A program made the position numbers and the translations under genes. DNA of 36,068 bases from the NCBI GenBank assembly GCA_046045965.1, contig JBJOKS010000039.1, positions 1 through 36,068 on the forward strand, in the 5' to 3' direction. The notes under the pieces are model-generated. The model did no database searches, was not told the DNA's origin, and saw only the letters and a list, made by a program, of their open reading frames with translations. The stretch comes from Cyanobacteriota bacterium (GTDB taxonomy: Bacteria > Cyanobacteriota > Cyanobacteriia > Cyanobacteriales > Nostocaceae). Every line of letters begins with the position of its first letter. Positions within the stretch are counted from its first letter, which is position 1. Below, piece by piece: positions 9,009 to 17,228 of this stretch.

Positions 9009-9668
9009 TTATACCCAAGCTGCTGCTGCTTCCCAACCTAACCCCCTCCGTGTAATGACTGGTTCTTCATCCGTCAAGTCTAAAATGGTAGACACTTGAG
9101 CAGTAGGTTCTTCACCTGTGTCTATAATAATGTCAACCAAGTTATCTAAACGGTCAAATAGCTCTACCTGTGACAGAATAGATTGAGAATCCATTCCCAG
9201 TATTTCATCATCTGTGTCATTTGGTGGTAAATGTGCCGAAGTGGAAATAATCGGATTTCCTAACGCTTCCAGCAATGCCAAACATACCGTATGATCTGGC
9301 ACTCGAATTCCTGTTGTTTTTCGCTTGGGACTTTGCACCAGTCGCGGTACTAACTTGGTAGCAGGCAGCAAAAAAGTGTAGGGACCTGGTATCAAACGCT
9401 TCATAATCCGATAGGCTGTATCACTTACGAAGGCATAAGTTGCCACATTAGAAAGAGAAGGACATAAAAAGGTCAGTGGTTTATCATTTGCTAACTGCTT
9501 AATTTGCCTTACTCTTTCCACCGCCGACTTGGCATTCAAATCACAACCAATTGCATAGACTGTATCAGTAGGGTAGAGCATGATAGCGCCACTAGAAAGC
9601 GCCAACTTTATATCCTCTATACGGCGGTTTTGGGGATTATCAGGATGAATTGCAAAAATCTTGGCCAT
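9009..9668 (-). CDS. Sua5/YciO/YrdC family protein (L-threonylcarbamoyladenylate synthase-like, YciO type)
   Basis: IHPDNPQ, YPTDTVYAIGCD, PGPYTFLLPA, GIRVP and STSA motifs. Start placed at MAKIF (9668) because the longer N-terminus is translated STRR. Confidence 0.93.
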   Translation of the reverse strand: MAKIFAIHPDNPQNRRIEDIKLALSSGAIMLYPTDTVYAIGCDLNAKSAVERVRQIKQLANDKPLTFLCPSLSNVATYAFVSDTAYRIMKRLIPGPYTFLLPATKLVPRLVQSPKRKTTGIRVPDHTVCLALLEALGNPIISTSAHLPPNDTDDEILGMDSQSILSQVELFDRLDNLVDIIIDTGEEPTAQVSTILDLTDEEPVITRRGLGWEAAAAWV

Positions 9669-9785
9669 GACTGGGGATTGGGAACTGGGGATTGGGGACT
9701 GGTGATTGGGGACTGGTGATTGGGGACTGGTGACAGGTAATGTGAATAGTATTACCATTACCAATTACCCATTACCCATTACCCA
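9669..9785. repeat. STRR arrays filling the divergent yciO/larC intergenic region
   Basis: GGGGACT/GGTGATT heptamers at 9669-9735 and ATTACC(C/A) units at 9751-9785. Confidence 0.9.
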
Positions 9786-9793
9786 AATAATTT

Positions 9794-11092
9794 ATGAATA
9801 AAATTGCTTATTTTCAATGTCCCACGGGAATTTCCGGTGATATGTGTCTGGGTGCTTTGGTAAGTCTGGGTGTTCCCGTAGAGTATCTAGTAGAAAAACT
9901 CAATGGTTTAGGAATTGAGCAGGAATACCAATTACGGGTAGAACTTGTCCATCGGCAAACTCAGCAAGCAACGAAAATCCATGTTGACTTACATCACCAT
10001 CATCACCATCATCATCATGAACACTCTCACCATCATGGCCGTCACTTACCAGAAATAGAGGAGATGATTCTTAAAGCCAACTTGCCAACCAGGGCAACAG
10101 CTTGGAGTTTAGCTGTTTTCCGCCAGTTAGCAGTGGCAGAAGGGGCGGTACATGGCATTGAACCGGAAAAAGTTCATTTTCATGAGGTGGGTGCTGTAGA
10201 CGCGATTGTGGATATTGTGGGGACTTGCTTGGGTTTAGATTGGTTGGGTATCGACAGCAATCAGCAAGGATTACCATTGATATACTGCTCACCATTTCCC
10301 AGCGGTGGGGGAACTGTTCGCGCTGCACATGGACAGATGCCAGTACCAGTACCCGCAGTGTTGAAATTATGGGAAATGCGGAGTTGTCCAGTTTATAGCA
10401 ACGGCATTGAAAAAGAATTGGTGACACCGACAGGAGCAGCGATCGCCACTACTTTAGCCAGAAGTTTTGGTTCACCACCGCCAATTACTCTCAAACAAGT
10501 GGGACTAGGAGCAGGTTCTCTCGATTTACCCATCCCTAATATACTACGGTTGTGGATTGGTGAAAGTTCCAATCTTCCAACCACTGTTACAGATGTTGCT
10601 CATATTCATCACCATTCAGAACATCATGCAGAATCACATTTAGAACCTATTTCAGTTCTAGAAACCCAAATTGATGATTTAAATCCCCAAGCAGTCGGCT
10701 ATATTTTTGATGCTTTATTTACTGCTGGTGCGGTGGATGTCTTTACTCAAAGTATAGGGATGAAAAAATCACGTCCGGGAATTTTATTAACCGTGATTTG
10801 TCATCCAGAATATTTAGCCTGTTGTGAAGAAATTTTATTCCGTGAAACCACAACTTTAGGAATTCGTCGCACAACTCAACAACGCAATATTTTACAACGG
10901 GAAATTCAACAAGTGGAAACTCCCTATGGTAAAGTCGGGGTGAAAGTTGCTTGGAAAGGAAAAACAGCAGAAAAAGTTATTACCAATGTACAGCCAGAAT
11001 ATGAAGATTGTGCAGACTTAGCACGAAAACATAATATTCCCTGGCGGGAAATTCAACGGTTGGCTTTACAGAATTGGTATAATCAAAATTAA
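9794..11092 (+). CDS. larC: Nickel-pincer cofactor biosynthesis (nickel insertion) protein LarC
   Basis: GISGDM.LGAL, poly-His insert, VHFHEVGAVDAIVDIVG, AHG.MPVP.PA, ELVTPTGAA, ETQIDD, MKK.RPG, ETTTLGIR and PEYEDC motifs. Confidence 0.96.
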   Translation: MNKIAYFQCPTGISGDMCLGALVSLGVPVEYLVEKLNGLGIEQEYQLRVELVHRQTQQATKIHVDLHHHHHHHHHEHSHHHGRHLPEIEEMILKANLPTRATAWSLAVFRQLAVAEGAVHGIEPEKVHFHEVGAVDAIVDIVGTCLGLDWLGIDSNQQGLPLIYCSPFPSGGGTVRAAHGQMPVPVPAVLKLWEMRSCPVYSNGIEKELVTPTGAAIATTLARSFGSPPPITLKQVGLGAGSLDLPIPNILRLWIGESSNLPTTVTDVAHIHHHSEHHAESHLEPISVLETQIDDLNPQAVGYIFDALFTAGAVDVFTQSIGMKKSRPGILLTVICHPEYLACCEEILFRETTTLGIRRTTQQRNILQREIQQVETPYGKVGVKVAWKGKTAEKVITNVQPEYEDCADLARKHNIPWREIQRLALQNWYNQN

Positions 11093-11109
11093 CAACATCA
11101 ACAATAAAA

Positions 11110-11134
11110 TAGGGCAGGTGTTAAATCTGCCCTA
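11110..11134. terminator. Hairpin between convergent larC and lipoprotein genes
   Basis: TAGGGCAG (11110-11117) / CTGCCCTA (11127-11134). Confidence 0.6.
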
Positions 11135-11151
11135 CAATCATGAAATTAATT

Positions 11152-11754
11152 TCAATCAGCTTCTCTAAAAGTCCTGTTTATTGCTTCTCCTGTATCTTCG
11201 GCTCGTCGTTGAACATTTTTCCCTACATCTTCAGTTCCACGCTGTACACTTCTGGTTAAATCTTTGGCAGCATTTTCAACATTTTCCTGGAGATTTTCTA
11301 CTCCTCGTTTAGTCCCTTTAGTTACTCCTTCTCGCAATTCTTCCGCTGAACTTCCCACATCTTCACCTAAGTTTTTCACCCGTTCACCAAAAGGTGTACC
11401 TTCACGATAATTGCGGACATATTGATCGGTACTATCAATTCCCTTCCGTTCAATATTTCTTTGGGCATTTTCTATTAGCTCATCCGCTCTAATTCTAGCT
11501 GCTTTTTCAGCTTCTCTCGCTCTGGGATCTACATCACTAAAGTTATTCATTCCTCCTTGATATGGAGAAATAGGATAATCTTTTGTGGGATCATATCTTT
11601 TCACATTTGGCGGTTGTCCCGCAGGTTGTGGTGGTTGTCCTGCTATAGTAGGACGATTACAAGCTTGTGCTAAAAATAGTAAACTTGCTGCCAAAAATAC
11701 TGTTAAAATTTTCAATGGCCGCAGATTTTGTAACCAATTAATTACCTTTTTCAT
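11152..11754 (-). CDS. Hypothetical lipoprotein with hydrophilic, LEA-like C-terminus
   Basis: Basic N-region, hydrophobic stretch and LAQAC lipobox-like site; YQGGMNNFSDVDPR motif; AGGAG RBS. Confidence 0.85.
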   Translation of the reverse strand: MKKVINWLQNLRPLKILTVFLAASLLFLAQACNRPTIAGQPPQPAGQPPNVKRYDPTKDYPISPYQGGMNNFSDVDPRAREAEKAARIRADELIENAQRNIERKGIDSTDQYVRNYREGTPFGERVKNLGEDVGSSAEELREGVTKGTKRGVENLQENVENAAKDLTRSVQRGTEDVGKNVQRRAEDTGEAINRTFREAD

Positions 11755-11791
11755 ATTCTTCTCCTGCTATTTTTTCGACTGAATAAAAAAT

Positions 11792-12358
11792 CTATTTCCC
11801 TACAGCTGGATTTTTTTGTAATTCAGGTCTAGCACTGGCTTCATCTGCTTTGTCTTTTAAAAATTCGGAAGCTTTTCCCACGGACTCTGTGACGGTTTCT
11901 ATTCTTTCTTGAATACGAGTTTTTAAATCTGGTTCACGTTGAATTAAACCACCAGGTTCAGGATGCTGGAAATCTTCTTCTGTGATCATGGGTAATTCTG
12001 CTTCTTTTTTAACTCTACCTAATGGTGTTTCCGCACCAGGATAAAGAATTTCTGAGTCTTTAGTTGCGGCTATTAAAAGTTGTGAATTCAATGGTAAACT
12101 AGCTTGGTCATCTTTTTGATTTTGGGTTTCAGTAGTTACTTTTGGATCGGTTGACATTCGCAAGTTTGTATATTTGTCATTACCACTTTTATAAGGATTA
12201 TTTGCACCTCCCGCTTGCACAGGTGTATTTTTGGGATTTGCACCTTGAGCATTTACTCCACTACAAGCAGTGCTAACTATCAACAATATTCCTGCTAAAA
12301 AGATAGTAAAAATCTGACGTATTTGCAGGTTTTTTAGGAAAGTTATCAAGTTTTTCAC
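11792..12358 (-). CDS. Hypothetical lipoprotein (DUF6658-like)
   Basis: GTG start with AGGAG RBS; signal peptide ending VSTAC; GGANNPY motif. Confidence 0.85.
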   Translation of the reverse strand: MKNLITFLKNLQIRQIFTIFLAGILLIVSTACSGVNAQGANPKNTPVQAGGANNPYKSGNDKYTNLRMSTDPKVTTETQNQKDDQASLPLNSQLLIAATKDSEILYPGAETPLGRVKKEAELPMITEEDFQHPEPGGLIQREPDLKTRIQERIETVTESVGKASEFLKDKADEASARPELQKNPAVGK

Positions 12359-12575
12359 TTAGTTCTCCTGATCCGGGATCACAGTTAAAATCTTTGACAA
12401 TGGTTTGAGTTATTGATGTGAACAACCTTTTACAAGGTTAAAAGTTTTAATATAAAATCTACTTCTAGCTTAGGTGACATTTTAATGATGATTAATTGAG
12501 AATTTTATCTAGCTATAGAGAGAGATTATTTAATATAATTATCTTGACCATTTTCATGATTAAATTCTCCAAATA

Positions 12576-13493
12576 ATGAAAAAAGTTTTACGTTGGTTCA
12601 TTTTCGGGGGAACGCTGTTTTTTTTGGCGAACGCGTTAAAGGATAATTGGCTAGAGGTTACTTCCATCCGTATTGACGCAGCAGGATGGTCAATTTTAGC
12701 AATTGCTACAGGTGTAACTTTACTTGCACATATTTGGGCTGGTTGGATATGGACTTGGATATTAAAAGAGTTAAAGCAATCTGTATCAGCTTGGGAATTT
12801 ATTCAAGTTTATTTAAAGACGAATATTGCTAAGTATTTACCTGGTAATGTTTGGCATTATTACGGTCGAATTTTAGCGGCTAAAAATGCTAATATTTCTA
12901 CTGGAGCAGCAACTTTAAGCGTTTTACTAGAACCGTTACTTATGGCTACTGCGGCTTTAATGACTGTTGTTTTATTCGGTGGTCAATTGGCAGTTAATAA
13001 TACTAATATTTGGGTACAAATTCTGCAATTTATCAGTTTAGTTGTGCTGCTGGGTGCTGTTCACCCTTGGTTTTTAAACCCTGTAGTTCGTTTTTTATAT
13101 CGCTTGAAAAATAAAAGTTCCCAACCAGAAAATCAGTCTATTAGTAGTTTAAGTCTTGAACGCTATCCTCTGCGTCCTTTGTTGGGTGAATTGATTTTTT
13201 TAGGATTGCGGGGAACTGGGTTTATATTAACTATGTATGCTCTGACTTCTTTAAACTTGAGTCAAATTCCTTTATTATTCGGTGCTTTTAGTTTTGCTTG
13301 GGTTTTGGGTTTGGTTGTTCCCGGTGCGCCTGGTGGTTTGGGAGTGTTTGAAGCAACTGCGATCGCTCTTTTACAACATCGTTTCCCTGCTGCTTTGGTA
13401 ATTAGTGCGATCGCTCTCTATCGTCTCATTAGCATCTTCGCAGAAATCGCTGGTGCTGCTTTAGCTTCCCTCGATGAACGTTTTTCTGGTTAG
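12576..13493 (+). CDS. Lysylphosphatidylglycerol synthase TM-domain (UPF0104/YbhN, flippase-like) membrane protein
   Basis: Polytopic hydrophobic protein with KYLPGNVW, PGAPGGLGVFEA and ALYRLI motifs. Confidence 0.9.
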   Translation: MKKVLRWFIFGGTLFFLANALKDNWLEVTSIRIDAAGWSILAIATGVTLLAHIWAGWIWTWILKELKQSVSAWEFIQVYLKTNIAKYLPGNVWHYYGRILAAKNANISTGAATLSVLLEPLLMATAALMTVVLFGGQLAVNNTNIWVQILQFISLVVLLGAVHPWFLNPVVRFLYRLKNKSSQPENQSISSLSLERYPLRPLLGELIFLGLRGTGFILTMYALTSLNLSQIPLLFGAFSFAWVLGLVVPGAPGGLGVFEATAIALLQHRFPAALVISAIALYRLISIFAEIAGAALASLDERFSG

Positions 13494-13530
13494 GTGACTG
13501 GTGACTGGTGACTGGTGACTGGTGACTGGG
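13494..13530. repeat. STRR array (GGTGACT)5
   Basis: Begins directly at the stop codon of the upstream gene. Confidence 0.9.
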
Positions 13531-13974
13531 GAAGAATTATTTTCTTTTGAATCCTGTTACTGCATAAGTTGTATTATTTGTCAATACCCGGAACTCGAAC
13601 CCGCAAATAACAGTATTGATTTTTGGGAAAATTAGTTTTTCTGAACCCTGTTAAATTGGGTGGTTTTTTCTATGTTTGATTTTTTGAGTTTTGGGAAAGT
13701 CTTATATATCAATGATTTCTAGCTGATGCTAAAAAATTAATCTTTAAAATAAGCACTATTAGAGTAGTTTACAAATTCTCAATAATCATACCAGAAGGCT
13801 GAAAGTATTGCAATAGCGTAAATAAATAAAAATTATTCTCAATAAATTGTTAAGAAATAATAAGGGAAAAAAGTTGAATTATATAAATTATTAAACTGAT
13901 AAAGCTTTATAATCAGGTTTAGCTATATTTTCTAGTGACAGACGAGTAATTGATAAAAGTAATTGATAAAATGC

Positions 13975-14010
13975 AAAAAAGCCAGTGCAACTAAAATCAT
14001 CACACTGACT
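13975..14010 (-). terminator. Intrinsic terminator of the tRNA-Leu transcript
   Basis: On the - strand, AGTCAGTG...CACTGGCT followed by a T-run, about 20 nt after the tRNA 3' end. Confidence 0.7.
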
Positions 14011-14030
14011 AAATTTATCTTTATTAATAG

Positions 14031-14399
14031 TGGGAGTGGAGGGACTTGAACCCTCACGACCGTTTAAGGTCAACGGATTTTCATTCTCTTGCAGCTTTCA
14101 CTACTACCTTACAGGTTTTGAGAATTGGACTCTCCCTTTACCCTCGCCTTTACGTTAGGGTAGCTCCCGTCGAGTCTCTGCACCTTCCCGGAATTTTAAC
14201 TTTGGGATTTTGAATTCTTGAATTTTGCTTTTCAGTCAAAAATCAAACTTCAACTCTAAAGCTTCTGGGCTTGGCTCAGGATTGCCATATCTGTAAACAG
14301 AGTTAGGTTTCCCTGAATTTGAGAGCTTCCACTTGAAAGATTTCTCAATCAAGGCTCAGTTTTCTAAGTCCGTAGCGTCTACCATTCCGCCACACTCCC
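14031..14399 (-). tRNA. trnL: tRNA-Leu(UAA), split by a group I intron (exon 1: 14399-14366; exon 2: 14081-14031)
   Basis: Exon 1 GGGAGTGTGGCGGAATGGTAGACGCTACGGACTT joins exon 2 AAAATCCGTTGACCTTAAACGGTCGTGAGGGTTCAAGTCCCTCCACTCCCA to give an 85-nt cloverleaf with UAA anticodon and long variable arm. CCA is not encoded. Confidence 0.98.
14082..14365 (-). ncRNA. Group I self-splicing intron (IC3 type, 284 nt, no ORF) in trnL-UAA
   Basis: Inserted after U34 and ends in G (...GAGAATG). Conserved cores AATTCAGGGAAACCT (P), AATCCTGAGCCAA (Q), GTGCAGAGACTCGACGG (R) and AAGGGAGAGTCC (S). Confidence 0.97.
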
Positions 14400-14551
14400 A
14401 AGGGGTTTTAGATGTTGGAGGCAAAACCTCCTTGTCTATTTCACCATTAATGTTTATTTTGTGCAAGTAGTTTTGAAAATTTTTTTTAAGTTTTATTTTC
14501 AACCGCTACTTTTTTTATTTAGCACGCTATCGCATTTAATCGCGAAATTTG

Positions 14552-14582
14552 ATTATAACACAACCTTACCTGTTTTTTGCAA
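14552..14582 (-). promoter_or_regulatory. Candidate promoter for trnL (extended -10)
   Basis: On the - strand, TG-T-TATAAT (TATAAT at 14557-14552), with TTGCAA 19 bp upstream. Confidence 0.5.
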
Positions 14583-14641
14583 TTTTGCCAAGTATTTTGC
14601 AAATTTTTTTTTCTGGACTGGTAAAACCGTTAGTTAACCAT

Positions 14642-14673
14642 ATCCCAATCCCCAATCCCCAATCCCCAATCCC
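14642..14673. repeat. STRR array (CCCCAAT)n
   Basis: Tandem heptamers upstream of ndhL. Confidence 0.85.
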
Positions 14674-14756
14674 TAATACTTTCCTTAGTGGACGGGTTGG
14701 GCATATCATGGGGGGTAGATGCACCAAAATAGTCTTCTCAAATTCAACAAAGAATT

Positions 14757-14966
14757 ATGGTTGTAGCACTACTGTATTTAGCATTAGCAGGAGCTTATCT
14801 CCTAGTCATACCAATGATGGTGATGTTTTATCTCAAGCTGCGTTGGTATTCTGCCAGTTCTGTAGAACGTGGGTTCATGTACTTTTTGGTGTTCTTCTTC
14901 TTTCCGGGTCTGTTGCTGCTCTCCCCAATTGCGAATTTTCGACCACGGCGCAGACAAATTGTTTAA
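14757..14966 (+). CDS. ndhL: NAD(P)H-quinone oxidoreductase (NDH-1) subunit L
   Basis: [11 protein letters not shown]...[33 protein letters not shown] signature. Confidence 0.96.
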   Translation: MVVALLYLALAGAYLLVIPMMVMFYLKLRWYSASSVERGFMYFLVFFFFPGLLLLSPIANFRPRRRQIV

Positions 14967-14993
14967 TTAGTATATTGGTAGGTCATAACTCTC

Positions 14994-15296
14994 ATGCGAC
15001 GCATTGACGCAATCGGCATTACTTTAGGCGTTTTTTTGGCTGGTGGACTGGCTTATGTAGGATTACAGCTAGTCGGTTTAGATGGTCAAAATGCGGGAAT
15101 TTGGAGCCAAGCTTTACTGGTTATTGGTTTGATGGGTTGGTTAGCCACATATCTTTTCCGTGCGGGGAGTAAAAAAATGACCTACCATCAACAACGGGAA
15201 GAGTATGAAAAGGCGTTCCTACAAAAGCGACTAGATGAACTCTCTCCTGAAGAATTAGCGAAAATTCAAGCTGAAATTGAATTAGGTGACAGGTGA
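14994..15296 (+). CDS. DUF3007 family membrane protein
   Basis: MRRIDAI..AGIWSQALLV..W.ATYLFR....MTY.QQ...YE...LQKRLDELSPEEL; conserved ndhL-DUF3007-trpA order. Confidence 0.92.
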   Translation: MRRIDAIGITLGVFLAGGLAYVGLQLVGLDGQNAGIWSQALLVIGLMGWLATYLFRAGSKKMTYHQQREEYEKAFLQKRLDELSPEELAKIQAEIELGDR

Positions 15297-15452
15297 TTGG
15301 TGATTGGTGATTGGTGACTGGTGACTGGGGACTGGTGACTGGTGACTGGTGACTGGTGACTGGTGACTGGGTAAGATGAATAACCCAATTACCAATTACC
15401 AATTACCAATTACCAATCACCTGATAACTGATAACTGATAACTGATAACTGA
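15285..15452. repeat. Compound STRR array: (GGTGA[T/C]T)n, (CCAATTA)n, (CTGATAA)n
   Basis: Three adjacent heptamer arrays at 15285-15370, 15384-15420 and 15421-15452. Confidence 0.92.
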
Positions 15453-15462
15453 CCACTAACAA

Positions 15463-16266
15463 ATGACTGCAATTTCTCGTTGTTTTGAAACTTTAAGACG
15501 GAATCACGAGTGCGCTCTGATTCCGTTTATTACTGCTGGTGATCCTGATTTAGAAACTACAGCAAAGGCTTTGCAAATTCTAGATCGCTCTGGAGCCGAT
15601 ATTATTGAGTTGGGTGTACCTTATTCTGACCCTCTGGCAGATGGACCTGTGATCCAAGCAGCAGCTACCCGCGCTTTGGCAAGAGGTACTACTTTGGATC
15701 AGGTGTTGGAAATGTTGCAAGCTACTACTCCGAGTTTGCAAGCACCAATTATTTTGTTTACTTACTACAACCCAATTCTGCACCGGGGAATTGATAAGTT
15801 TCTGGGACAAATTAAGGACGCTGGAGTAGCAGGTTTAGTAGTTCCTGATTTGCCTTTGGAAGAGGCAGCAGGGCTATTAAAACCAGCGAGTGAGATGGAT
15901 ATTGATTTAACCCTGTTGGTAGCTCCTACAAGTTCTGCTGATCGGATTGAAGCGATCGCTCGTGCTTCCCAAGGATTTATCTATTTGGTGAGTGTGACCG
16001 GGGTGACGGGAATGCGATCGCAAATGGAAAGTCGCGTTTCTGACTTACTCACACAAATTCGTAGAGTGACAGATAAACCCATCGGCGTAGGTTTCGGTAT
16101 TTCCGATGTTGAACAAGCGCGTCAAGTGCGGGAATGGGGAGCAGATGCAGCAATTGTGGGTAGTGCGGTGGTGAAGCGTTTAGCCGAAGGTACACCGGAA
16201 CAAGGACTAGATGCGATCGCTCAATTTTGCCAAAATCTCAAGACAGCAATCAAAACTCCCTCTTGA
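15463..16266 (+). CDS. trpA: Tryptophan synthase alpha chain
   Basis: [47 protein letters not shown] and VGFGIS motifs. Confidence 0.99.
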   Translation: MTAISRCFETLRRNHECALIPFITAGDPDLETTAKALQILDRSGADIIELGVPYSDPLADGPVIQAAATRALARGTTLDQVLEMLQATTPSLQAPIILFTYYNPILHRGIDKFLGQIKDAGVAGLVVPDLPLEEAAGLLKPASEMDIDLTLLVAPTSSADRIEAIARASQGFIYLVSVTGVTGMRSQMESRVSDLLTQIRRVTDKPIGVGFGISDVEQARQVREWGADAAIVGSAVVKRLAEGTPEQGLDAIAQFCQNLKTAIKTPS

Positions 16267-16508
16267 TGATTTGGGAAAATTAGATTAAAAAAGATAACAG
16301 CGTAGTTTTTTTATCATTCCCTGGTGGACAATTTGACTGATATAGTCTTGAATATTAACAGCACATACCAGGCTGAAAAAAAACTACCTGATATATTTGC
16401 TTATAGTTTGAGTCTTATGAGAATTGAAACTAGGCGATAAATTATGAGTGATAGAGTGAGTCAGTTAAAATCAAGTTACACTGCTGACGTAGTTGAGGGG
16501 TAAAAGCG

Positions 16509-17162
16509 ATGAGTGAAAGTATGGCATTTATCGGCGGAGTGGCTGTGGCTGGGCTGGCGGCTCTCCTCTTGCTAAAAGGAACCAATACCCCCATACAACA
16601 ACCTAACTTCGCTGTTGCACCACAAATGCCAGCTACGGTTGTAGCGCCCCAGGTAATGCAGCCATCAATGCAATACCCTCCTAACTATGGGCAACCAGTA
16701 TATCCATATCAACAACCTGTAGCGCCTAATTCCGACCAACGTCTGGAAATGGAAAAGCTAAACATGACAATGGAGAAGTTGAAAGGCGACAACGAACAAC
16801 TGCGGTTACAAAATCAACAACTTCAAGGTCAGGTTCAAAACTTCACCCAACAGCAGTGGCAGTTAGCCCAACAGCAACATCAACAAAAAGTAGCTGCACT
16901 GCCAGCTGAACAAAATCGCTGGTGGTCTTCACCCATAGTTTGGGCTGTAGGTGGTGCGACTTTGACTATTGGTGGCGGTGTTGTTGTGGCTGGAGTCTTA
17001 TCTTTGTTTTCTCCCAAGCAGCGTCCTACCCGCACTGTGCAGGTAATTCACCCTTACAATGGTCCGACACCACCTTTAGCTACAGTCCGGCGGGCTGAAT
17101 TTTTACCATCCTCCCGTCCAGAAACCAGACGAGTGGAAACAGCCCAATACGACGAACTATAG
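16509..17162 (+). CDS. patN: Heterocyst patterning membrane protein PatN
   Basis: MSESMAFIGGVAVAGLAALLLLKG N-terminal hydrophobic segment, Pro/Gln-rich region, Gln-rich coiled coil and a second TM. Position after trpA and opposite a Ser/Thr kinase matches my recollection of Nostoc synteny. Confidence 0.8.
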   Translation: MSESMAFIGGVAVAGLAALLLLKGTNTPIQQPNFAVAPQMPATVVAPQVMQPSMQYPPNYGQPVYPYQQPVAPNSDQRLEMEKLNMTMEKLKGDNEQLRLQNQQLQGQVQNFTQQQWQLAQQQHQQKVAALPAEQNRWWSSPIVWAVGGATLTIGGGVVVAGVLSLFSPKQRPTRTVQVIHPYNGPTPPLATVRRAEFLPSSRPETRRVETAQYDEL

Positions 17163-17228
17163 TAATCATTTGGTCATTGGTAATGGGTGATTGGTAATGG
17201 GAAAATGATGATTTCCATTACCATGAAT

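Noticed and set aside
9669..9764. 32-aa N-terminal extension of the YciO/Sua5 ORF (PVTSPQSPVPNHQSP...)
   Set aside because: It is translated STRR heptamer DNA; family similarity begins at MAKIF (9668).
13588..13603. attR-type duplication of the tRNA-Leu 3' end
   Set aside because: Only about 10 of 12 nt match the T-arm, the acceptor-stem part is missing and there is no integrase; kept only as a weak element of the orphan-region finding.
13891..14073. 60-aa ORF on the - strand
   Set aside because: It overlaps tRNA-Leu exon 2 and its terminator.
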